Shown here: in pieces, positions 57,227-64,000 of the stretch
Layout of the letters: each line of letters starts with the position of its first letter
Numbering within the stretch: position 1 is the stretch's first letter
NCBI GenBank assembly: GCA_002919265.1
Contig: PKEY01000074.1
Coordinates: forward strand, 2,943-66,942
From: Hyphomicrobiaceae bacterium
Lineage (GTDB): Bacteria > Pseudomonadota > Alphaproteobacteria > Rhizobiales > Hyphomicrobiaceae
Length of the DNA: 64,000 bases
Reading direction: 5' to 3'
Position numbers and translations under genes: made by a program
The notes under the pieces: model-generated
The model's database searches: none
The model's input: only the letters and a program-made list of their open reading frames with translations
What the model was told of the DNA's origin: nothing

Positions 57227-58840
57227 CTACTCAGATTTCGTCACAAAGCAGTCGATCTTCCGGCGCCGTAGCTGCTCACAGGTCGAACGCGCAGCTTGCG
57301 GATCGAAGCCGGCGAACCGGGCCCGGAATATCTGGCGCGAACCGCTCTTGCCAGGAACCGTGATAGGGGACGCCTCCGCCAGCAGGTTGTGCGCCTTCTC
57401 CAGCGTCGCGATCAGCGCCTTTTGTGCTTCCTCTGGCGAGGAATACGCGCCGACCTGGATCTGGTAGCCACTCGCAGTCTCTTGGACGCTTGCGGGCGTG
57501 GACGAGGGAGCCGGTGCCGGCCGCAGCGCTACCGGAACAGGCCGTGGAGGCTGAAATTCGGTTTTCGCCGGGCGGACTGGCTGGCTGATTTCCGGGGCGA
57601 GCGCCGCTGTCATCGTCGCCGGCTCGTTTGTGAGGTCGGCATTTCTCGCGAGCATTTCGGCCTGCGCCTGCAAGGTGGAAGGTGGTCGTCCCAGAATAAT
57701 CCTGCCCTCAGCTTGCTCTTGTTGGATCGCTGGAGCTGGCTGGGCCGATGGCTGGGCAGAGGAAGTGCTTGGCAGGACGTTGATCGGCCGGACCTTCGCT
57801 ATCGAGATCTTCGGCGCCTCCGCCGTGAAAGCTGAAATCGTGGGAGTGACGTGGCGAGCTGGAGCCACGCCCGTAGTCGCAGCATTGGCCGTGGGCGGCG
57901 CTGGAGACTTGTCTGGGGTTGAACGCCGTGTGGCGGGTACCGGCGCCGGCGGCGCCGCGCGGTAGAACGCCACCACCGGCTTGCGAGTCTTTTTCGTCGA
58001 AGCCTTGGGCAGGGTCCGGTCCAAAAGGGCCCGCATCTCCGCATTGCGGCTCGCCGAGCTCCGGCCGCCGAAAACCGCGGCGACCACGTGCTTGCCGCCT
58101 CTGCGGACGGAGCTGACCAAGTTGAAGCCTGACATGCGGATGTAGCCCGTCTTCAGGCCATCCATGCCGGGGTAGGTCCGCAACAGGGCATTATGGTTTC
58201 GGTAAGTCCGGCCGCGGAAGGTGAACTGACGCGTCTTGAAGAAGTGGTAGTGCTTCTCGAAATCATCGTAGAGGCGCAGCGCCAGGGTCAGCATGTCCCG
58301 CGCCGTCGTCACTTGCTCCGGGTGGGGCAAGCCGGAGGCGTTGCGGAACGTCGTTTTGGACATGCCGAGGAGACGGGCCTTCTCGGTCATCCTTCGGGCG
58401 AAAGCTTCTTCAGAGCCGGCAATGTGCTCAGCTACGGCCCGTGCGACGTCATTGGCTGACTTGGTTACCAACGCCAGAATGGCTTCGCGAACCGTGAGCT
58501 CTTCACCCGGCTTCAGCCCAAGCTTCGACGGTGGAGCAGCAGCGCCCCACGGCGTCATCTTGATCTTCGTGTCAAGCGACAGGCGCCCCCGCTCGATTTC
58601 CTCGAACACGAGGTAAAGCGTCATCATCTTGGTAAGCGAGGCGGGGTAACGTGGTTCGTCAGCATTCGACGCGTGGAGCACCGCGCCGGTGTTCGCGTCG
58701 ATAACCATGGAGGCATGCTTCGCGGCATTCGCGTGCGCCGGGGCGCCGGCCAAAGCCATCCATACCGCGACTGCGAAGCAGACCACACGCAGCAACGAGG
58801 TTTGGCACTCAAAGCACTTCAGCCGCATTAACAACACCAC
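57227..58840 (-). CDS. Serine-type D-Ala-D-Ala carboxypeptidase (S11) with a Pro/Ala-rich linker and a C-terminal SPOR domain
   Basis: SLTKMMT (SxxK), NASGL and KTGYI motifs. C-terminal YQIQVGAYSSPEEAQKAL ... FRARFAGFDPQAARSTCEQL is SPOR-like. Alternative ATG at 58828. Confidence 0.85.
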   Translation of the reverse strand: MVLLMRLKCFECQTSLLRVVCFAVAVWMALAGAPAHANAAKHASMVIDANTGAVLHASNADEPRYPASLTKMMTLYLVFEEIERGRLSLDTKIKMTPWGAAAPPSKLGLKPGEELTVREAILALVTKSANDVARAVAEHIAGSEEAFARRMTEKARLLGMSKTTFRNASGLPHPEQVTTARDMLTLALRLYDDFEKHYHFFKTRQFTFRGRTYRNHNALLRTYPGMDGLKTGYIRMSGFNLVSSVRRGGKHVVAAVFGGRSSASRNAEMRALLDRTLPKASTKKTRKPVVAFYRAAPPAPVPATRRSTPDKSPAPPTANAATTGVAPARHVTPTISAFTAEAPKISIAKVRPINVLPSTSSAQPSAQPAPAIQQEQAEGRIILGRPPSTLQAQAEMLARNADLTNEPATMTAALAPEISQPVRPAKTEFQPPRPVPVALRPAPAPSSTPASVQETASGYQIQVGAYSSPEEAQKALIATLEKAHNLLAEASPITVPGKSGSRQIFRARFAGFDPQAARSTCEQLRRRKIDCFVTKSE

Positions 58841-59080
58841 CCGAACTCTTGCGGCCGCAAGACCATTGCTTCCGCTGGCAATGGCGGCGGGATCGCCCGC
58901 TCACCCCCTTGTCTCTTCTTGGACTTTCGGAGGACCGAAACAGCGGTTTTTGACGGCTTTGCGGCGTTCAGACGACCACCGTTTTGGGGCAGATCGACCG
59001 GAGGGAGCCTACGGGCAGGGTTGCTATGATCTGGTTAATGCCGTTGCCAGTACGAGCTGCAACTGACCTGAGTGCTCGAC

Positions 59081-59108
59081 TTGACGTGGAATCGAGCGAG
59101 TTTATGTT
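59081..59108 (+). promoter_or_regulatory. Candidate sigma-70-type promoter of the phasin gene
   Basis: TTGACG (59081..59086), a 16-nt spacer, then TATGTT (59103..59108). Confidence 0.3.
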
Positions 59109-59109
59109 G

Positions 59110-59118
59110 TGCAGTGCA
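59110..59118 (+). promoter_or_regulatory. TGC-N3-GCA palindrome (candidate PhaR-type operator)
   Basis: TGCAGTGCA lies immediately downstream of the candidate -10 element, 44 nt before the phasin ATG. Confidence 0.3.
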
Positions 59119-59161
59119 AATAAGCGAGATTGCTCTCAGGCCCTCCGCACAGGAATGCGAT

Positions 59162-59476
59162 ATGGTCAACAACATGGACGTGCAGAAGCTTAGCCAGGAA
59201 AGCTTGGACCGGGCGATGCGCTGGTTCGGCGACTGGAACAAGAACTGGCAAGCTATCGCCAACGAGATCAGCGACTACAGCAAACGGTCATTCGAGCAGA
59301 GCACCAAGGCGTTCGAGAAGCTCCTATCTGCGAAGAGCATGGAGCAGGCGATCGAAATCCAGACCGACTATGCCCGGCGCGCTTGCGAGGACTACCTTCA
59401 GGAGATGACGAAGTTGGGCAACATGTACGCCAACTTTGCGAAAGAGGTTTACAAGCCCCTTGATACGGGCAACTGA
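59162..59476 (+). CDS. Phasin family protein
   Basis: 104 aa, all-helical. NWQAIANEISDYSKRSFEQSTKAFEKLLSAKSMEQAIEIQTDYARRACEDYLQEMTKLGNMYANFAKEVYKP matches the phasin_2 pattern. ATG at 59162 follows AGGAA. Confidence 0.8.
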   Translation: MVNNMDVQKLSQESLDRAMRWFGDWNKNWQAIANEISDYSKRSFEQSTKAFEKLLSAKSMEQAIEIQTDYARRACEDYLQEMTKLGNMYANFAKEVYKPLDTGN

Positions 59477-59530
59477 CCTCTCCACGTCTAGGAGGAGAAC
59501 CTTCCTCCGCATTGCCGCAAGCCAGTGGTG

Positions 59531-59558
59531 GGCTCGGCGTCGGGGCCGGGCCTTTTTT
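59531..59558 (+). terminator. Rho-independent terminator of the phasin gene
   Basis: GGCTCGGC / GCCGGGCC form 8 bp (one G-U pair) with a 6-nt loop, followed by TTTTTT. Confidence 0.55.
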
Positions 59559-59676
59559 ATGCCATTAGGCAAGCATCATCGTTGGGAGTGGATCAATTCG
59601 CAGCAAGATCGCGTATAATACTTCCCGACCGGGGGTTGCCGCGAAGGATTCGTCACGTAACTTAGACTCCGGAACT

Positions 59677-60090
59677 TTGACTTCATTGACGACTAATGCA
59701 GGCAGGGACGCTTCAGACGCGGAGCGTGTGGAGCAGATGACGAAGTTGATCGCTATGGCAGGTAACGGCGGGCCGGATCGGGGCGGCGACGAGGAAGGTC
59801 GTACGGGCATCGTCACGAAGACCCGGCCAAAGACGAAGCGGCCGCACCTCTACAAGGTGCTGTTGCTCAACGACGATTACACGCCGATGGAGTTCGTGGT
59901 CCACGTGCTCGAAAGGTTCTTCAACAAGCCGCGGGAAGAGGCGACGCGGATCATGCTGCACGTCCACCACAAGGGCGTCGGTATGTGTGGCGTCTACACC
60001 TACGAGGTGGCCGAGACCAAGGTGACGCAGGTCATGGAATTCGCGCGTCAGCATGGCCATCCTCTTCAGTGCACCATGGAGAAGGAGTAG
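59677..60090 (+). CDS. clpS: ATP-dependent Clp protease adaptor ClpS
   Basis: [58 protein letters not shown]. The start is uncertain, with an in-frame ATG also at 59737. Confidence 0.9.
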   Translation: MTSLTTNAGRDASDAERVEQMTKLIAMAGNGGPDRGGDEEGRTGIVTKTRPKTKRPHLYKVLLLNDDYTPMEFVVHVLERFFNKPREEATRIMLHVHHKGVGMCGVYTYEVAETKVTQVMEFARQHGHPLQCTMEKE

Positions 60091-60097
60091 GTTTCCC

Positions 60098-62545
60098 TTG
60101 CCATCGTTCTCACAGAGTCTCGAAGCCGCCCTCCATCGGGCGCTTGAATACGCCAACGAGCGTAAGCACGAGTACGCCACGCTGGAGCATCTTTTGCTCG
60201 CGCTGATCGACGACCGCGACGCCGCCAGTGTCATGCGCGCGTGCAACGTCGATCTCGATGTCCTGCGGAACCGCCTCATTGAATATCTGGACACGGAGCT
60301 TTCGTCTCTGCGCGTGAATGGTCCGTCGGAGGCTCAGCCGACGACGGGCTTCCAGCGGGTTATCCACCGTGCAGTTGTCCACGTCCAGTCGTCGGGCCGC
60401 GAGGAGGTGACCGGCGCGAATGTGCTCGTGGCGATATTCGCCGAGCGTGAGAGCCATGCCGCGTACTTCCTGCAGGAGCAGGAGATGACGCGGTTCGATG
60501 CCGTCCAGTACATCAGCCACGGCATCGCCAAGCGGCCTGGCATGTCGGAGCCGCGGCCGGCCCGCGGTGTGGATGAGGACGCAACGGACAGCGACGGCAA
60601 GAAGCCGGGCGCCGATGCGCTCAACACCTATTGCGTAAACCTCAACAAGAAGGCGCGCGAGGGACGCATCGATCCGCTCATCGGCCGCGAAGCCGAGGTC
60701 CAGCGCACCATCCAGGTGCTTTGCCGCCGGCAGAAGAACAATCCGCTGTTCGTGGGTGATCCAGGCGTCGGCAAGACGGCGATTGCCGAGGGCCTTGCGC
60801 GCAAGATCGTGCGGGGCGAAGTGCCGGACGTCCTCAAGAACGCGACCATTTTCGCGCTCGACATGGGCGCGCTGCTCGCGGGCACCCGGTATCGCGGCGA
60901 CTTCGAGGAGCGGCTCAAGGCCGTGATGAAGGAGATCGAGAACTATCCGGGTGCGATCCTTTTCATCGACGAGATCCACACCGTCATCGGTGCCGGCGCC
61001 ACCTCTGGGGGCGCGATGGATGCCTCGAACTTGCTGAAGCCGGCCCTCCAGTCGGGCACCGTGCGCTGCATCGGCTCCACCACCTACAAGGAGTACCGGC
61101 AGCACTTCGAGAAGGATCGCGCGCTGGTTCGGCGCTTCCAGAAGATCGACGTGAACGAGCCGACAATCGAGGATGCGATCGAGATTCTGAAGGGCCTGAA
61201 GCCGTACTTCGAGGAGTACCACAAGCTCAAGTACACCGACGACGCCATCAAGGCGGCTGTCGAGCTGTCGGCCAAGTACATCCACGACCGGAAGCTGCCC
61301 GACAAGGCGATCGACGTGGTCGACGAGACGGGCGCCTCGCAGATGCTGCTGCCCGAGGGCAAGCGGAAGAAGAAGATTACGGTCAAGGAGATAGAGGCGA
61401 CCGTCGCCACGATGGCACGCATTCCGCCCAAGACCATCACGAAGAGCGACGCTGAGGTTCTGGCCAACCTCGAGCGAGATCTGAAGCGCGTCGTCTTCGG
61501 GCAGGATAAGGCCATCGAAGCTCTGGCCGCCGCCATCAAGCTGGCGCGTGCTGGCCTGAGGGAGCCGGAGAAGCCGATCGGCTGCTACCTGTTCTCAGGA
61601 CCGACAGGCGTCGGCAAGACCGAGGTGGCGAAGCAGCTCGCAAAGCTGCTCGGCGTCGAGCTCCTGCGCTTCGACATGTCAGAGTACATGGAGAAGCACA
61701 CGGTGTCGCGGCTCATCGGTGCGCCTCCGGGCTATGTGGGCTTCGACCAGGGCGGTCTGCTCACCGACGGCGTCGATCAGCATCCGCACTGCGTGCTGTT
61801 GTTGGACGAGATCGAGAAGGCCCACCCCGATCTCTACAACATCCTGCTGCAGGTGATGGACCACGGGAAGCTCACCGACCACAACGGCAAGCAGGTCGAC
61901 TTCCGCAACGTCATCCTGATCATGACGACCAACGCGGGCGCGGCCGATTTGGCGAAGCCGCCCATGGGTTTCAACCGCGCGAAGCGCGAAGGTGACGATC
62001 AGGAGGCGATCAACAGGTTGTTTACGCCGGAGTTCCGCAACCGGCTCGACGCGATCATTCCGTTCGCCGGTCTGCCGCCTGAGGTCATCTACAAGGTGGT
62101 CGAGAAGTTCATCTTCCAGCTCGAGGCGCAGCTCGCGGATCGCGGCGTGACCATCGAGCTCACGGAAGGGGCGACCAAGTGGCTGGCCGAGAAGGGTTAC
62201 GACGACAAGTTCGGCGCCCGTCCGCTGGCCCGTGTGATCCAGGAGTACGTCAAGAAGCCGCTTGCGGATGAACTCCTGTTTGGCAGGCTGCAGCACGGCG
62301 GCACCGTGAAGGTGCTGGTTACCGGCGAAGGCGCTGAGCAGAAGCTCGATTTCGAGATCATCCCCGCCGAGCCGAAGCCTCCCAAGGCCAAGGACGACGA
62401 TGAGGACGATGATCTCGAGGAGGACGAGGAGGAGAAGGCGCTCATCGAAGCGGCGGCGCCACGCAAAGCTCTTCCTGGTCCCAAGGAGAAGCGCGAGCGC
62501 AAGACGACTGGCACCGTCCCGACGGTTCCTCGTAAGCCGGACTAA
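60098..62545 (+). CDS. clpA: ATP-dependent Clp protease ATP-binding subunit ClpA
   Basis: (L)[35 protein letters not shown] is the usual ClpA N-terminus. TTG at 60098 lies 10 nt after GGAGAAGGAG. Two AAA modules ([18 protein letters not shown]). The track start at 60053 overlaps clpS. Confidence 0.95.
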   Translation: MPSFSQSLEAALHRALEYANERKHEYATLEHLLLALIDDRDAASVMRACNVDLDVLRNRLIEYLDTELSSLRVNGPSEAQPTTGFQRVIHRAVVHVQSSGREEVTGANVLVAIFAERESHAAYFLQEQEMTRFDAVQYISHGIAKRPGMSEPRPARGVDEDATDSDGKKPGADALNTYCVNLNKKAREGRIDPLIGREAEVQRTIQVLCRRQKNNPLFVGDPGVGKTAIAEGLARKIVRGEVPDVLKNATIFALDMGALLAGTRYRGDFEERLKAVMKEIENYPGAILFIDEIHTVIGAGATSGGAMDASNLLKPALQSGTVRCIGSTTYKEYRQHFEKDRALVRRFQKIDVNEPTIEDAIEILKGLKPYFEEYHKLKYTDDAIKAAVELSAKYIHDRKLPDKAIDVVDETGASQMLLPEGKRKKKITVKEIEATVATMARIPPKTITKSDAEVLANLERDLKRVVFGQDKAIEALAAAIKLARAGLREPEKPIGCYLFSGPTGVGKTEVAKQLAKLLGVELLRFDMSEYMEKHTVSRLIGAPPGYVGFDQGGLLTDGVDQHPHCVLLLDEIEKAHPDLYNILLQVMDHGKLTDHNGKQVDFRNVILIMTTNAGAADLAKPPMGFNRAKREGDDQEAINRLFTPEFRNRLDAIIPFAGLPPEVIYKVVEKFIFQLEAQLADRGVTIELTEGATKWLAEKGYDDKFGARPLARVIQEYVKKPLADELLFGRLQHGGTVKVLVTGEGAEQKLDFEIIPAEPKPPKAKDDDEDDDLEEDEEEKALIEAAAPRKALPGPKEKRERKTTGTVPTVPRKPD

Positions 62546-62567
62546 ATCGTCCGGATTTCAACAGCAG

Positions 62568-62606
62568 AACGCCCTCTCCCGATGCTCGGGAGAGGGCGTT
62601 TTGTTT
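62568..62606 (+). terminator. Rho-independent terminator of clpA
   Basis: AACGCCCTCTCCCG / CGGGAGAGGGCGTT form a perfect 14-bp stem with a 5-nt loop, followed by TTTTGTTT. Confidence 0.85.
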
Positions 62607-62686
62607 GAAGGTGCGCTGAATCTCGGAGATATGACAGACGCGCGCCGCTACGCGCAGTTGTGTCGTGGCGCGCTAGGTCGCTAGGC

Positions 62687-62720
62687 AAAAAAAGAATGCC
62701 GGCGTTTTGCCGGCATTTTT
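62687..62720. terminator. Bidirectional rho-independent terminator
   Basis: AATGCCGGC / GCCGGCATT form 9 bp with a 5-nt loop, flanked by AAAAAAA upstream and TTTTT downstream. It serves the minus-strand SH3b gene, whose stop is at 62740. Confidence 0.7.
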
Positions 62721-62739
62721 CTCGTCTCTTATCCAGAAC

Positions 62740-64000
62740 TTATAGCCGGTTCGATATTTCCCGGGAGGTGCCGTTGTCTTCCAGGCTGCTGACCTCGAGG
62801 AAGTCCTTGTAGATCCAGCCGCGCTTGCCTTCGTAGACGACCTCGCACCAGCCGTTGCAGGAGATGACTTCGATCGGGCTGCCACCTGATACGATGGTCA
62901 CGACGGGCTCGGACGTGTTTGGGCCGGCGCGCATGTTGACGTCCCGCTTCACCACGGCTTCGCGAGCGGGTTCAGCCGGTGTTGAGGGCTCGACGATCGT
63001 GTCGAACTTGAGCTGGATTTCGTTCGATGGTTTCGGGTTTGCCGTGTTTTGCGGTTCTACGCGGACGGGCGGTGGCGCAGGTTGTGGTTCGACCAATGCG
63101 GCCGTTTCCGTTGCCGGTTCGGTTTCCGGGCTTTCGAAAACCTGGGCGCCCGGAATTACAGGCGCGGGAGCGTCTTGCTCAGGAAGCGTTGTGGACGGAA
63201 GGTTTCCAACACTCTCGTCGACCTTGGCGAGAGTTACGCTCTGATCAGACGTGCTCTCTAAGGGGCTCTCGGTTGAAATGCGCGGTGCCGTCCCCTCGAT
63301 GAGGGTTCCGGCCAATTGCGGTTGAGGCTGAGAAGCTTGCCGAACAACGGCATCGGCCAACCGCGACTGAAGCTTCGTTGGGACCGACACGGGCTCTTCA
63401 TCCGGGGAGGCGATGGTTGGAACGCTGTCTGCCGAGCTCAGATAGCTCGCAACGGCAGTTGGTTCGCTGAAGCCTCCAAACAGGACCATGCCACCGACGG
63501 CGACAGAAGCGCCAAGTCCCGCTGCGAACCCGATGAACCGGCCTGAAAGCAGAGTCGATGGATTGATCAGCGGGAAAGCGGGTTTGTCGAACTCCTTGTC
63601 ATCGTCTTCATCGAACGCGGGGGAGACTGACACGGTCTCTTCTTCGCGGGGCTGAGTGAGCACGTTCGGCAGCGAGCTGTACTCGATGCCCTGCTCGGGA
63701 GAGTCATAATACGAGTATGTCTCGTAAGGATCGGGCTCTTCCGCCGTGGCGTAGGAAGCAGGATCGCAATTGACCGGCTGCTCGAAGCTTGTCTCATCAG
63801 TAACGGGCGGCTCCGCAGGAGCTTCTCCAGCTGTCACAGATTCCGCTTGGGGTGCGGTGCCCGATGCTAAAGCGTGCTCCTGCTCGCCTGAATTTGGTGC
63901 AGCCTCTGTCGCCCGCCTGTGGCTCGTCGCATCGATTGCCTGGATGAGGGCTGCCAGCTGCCTCTGGAAGTCATCACCAGCCTCGGGCCCTGGGGGCGGG
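62740..64000 (-). CDS. Membrane-anchored, acidic/Pro-rich protein with a C-terminal SH3b (SH3_3) domain. It is 5'-incomplete in the window.
   Basis: C-terminus VNMRAGPNTSEPVVTIVSGGSPIEVISCNGWCEVVYEGKRGWIYKDFL is SH3b-like. One TM segment (FIGFAAGLGASVAVGGMVLFGG). I translated 63838..63999 on the minus strand and found no stop, so the track start (a GTG at 63837) is probably internal. Confidence 0.6.
   Translation of the reverse strand, partial: PPPGPEAGDDFQRQLAALIQAIDATSHRRATEAAPNSGEQEHALASGTAPQAESVTAGEAPAEPPVTDETSFEQPVNCDPASYATAEEPDPYETYSYYDSPEQGIEYSSLPNVLTQPREEETVSVSPAFDEDDDKEFDKPAFPLINPSTLLSGRFIGFAAGLGASVAVGGMVLFGGFSEPTAVASYLSSADSVPTIASPDEEPVSVPTKLQSRLADAVVRQASQPQPQLAGTLIEGTAPRISTESPLESTSDQSVTLAKVDESVGNLPSTTLPEQDAPAPVIPGAQVFESPETEPATETAALVEPQPAPPPVRVEPQNTANPKPSNEIQLKFDTIVEPSTPAEPAREAVVKRDVNMRAGPNTSEPVVTIVSGGSPIEVISCNGWCEVVYEGKRGWIYKDFLEVSSLEDNGTSREISNRL

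Noticed and set aside
59072-59161. Upstream start for the phasin ORF (MLDLTWNRASLCC...)
   Set aside because: It would place coding sequence over the candidate promoter and operator. The added 30 residues are Cys-rich and unlike a phasin. The ATG at 59162 has an AGGAA RBS.
60110-61285. 391-aa minus-strand ORF
   Set aside because: It is antisense to clpA.
1-64000. Search for CRISPR arrays, IS elements, transposases, integrases, rRNA and tRNA
   Set aside because: Reading the intergenic regions and the ORF translations turned up no regularly spaced repeats, no DDE or tyrosine-recombinase-like ORFs, and no rRNA or tRNA-like sequences. The low-GC islet at 43.9-44.8 kb has no visible flanking repeats.

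Overview
This is a 64-kb chromosomal window from a high-GC alphaproteobacterium. Gene content looks Hyphomicrobiales/Rhizobiales-like: a MucR/Ros regulator, secY-adk-rpsM order, ClpS-ClpA, PutA and a phasin. About 50 protein genes are supportable. I found no rRNA, tRNA, CRISPR array, transposase or integrase.

Layout:
- 1-8.7 kb: distal spc/alpha ribosomal-protein cluster (rplE through rplQ, with secY, adk and rpoA).
- 8.7-12.4 kb: envelope-modification genes (SDR epimerase/reductase, GT39 ArnT-like glycosyltransferase, CAP lipoprotein).
- 12.75-17.55 kb: an uncharacterised two-gene module, which is the most interesting locus. It pairs a 387-aa Ala/Arg-rich protein with a 1167-aa protein that carries two separate P-loop NTPase modules, the C-terminal one HerA/FtsK-like. 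No recognisable nuclease, NADase or other effector is present.
- 18-28 kb: moeA, an orphan ORF, then the known alpha-2-macroglobulin/PBP1C pair.
- 28-33 kb: a PHB-depolymerase-family lipoprotein esterase, a putative outer-membrane protein, an overlapping DnaA_C-HTH plus partner pair (possibly GafY/GafZ-like), and a MucR/Ros variant behind a long AT-rich leader.
- 33-64 kb: housekeeping genes (msrB, ptrB, DsbA-NhaA fusion, sugar ABC operon, icd, rnd, aspS, parE, panC, putA, DMT, VWA plus J-domain pair, DD-carboxypeptidase-SPOR, phasin, clpS-clpA, SH3b protein). This block is interrupted at 43.9-44.8 kb by a low-GC islet holding a frameshift-split secreted-protein gene.

All functional calls rest on motifs I can read in the translations and on operon context. 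No database search was run.
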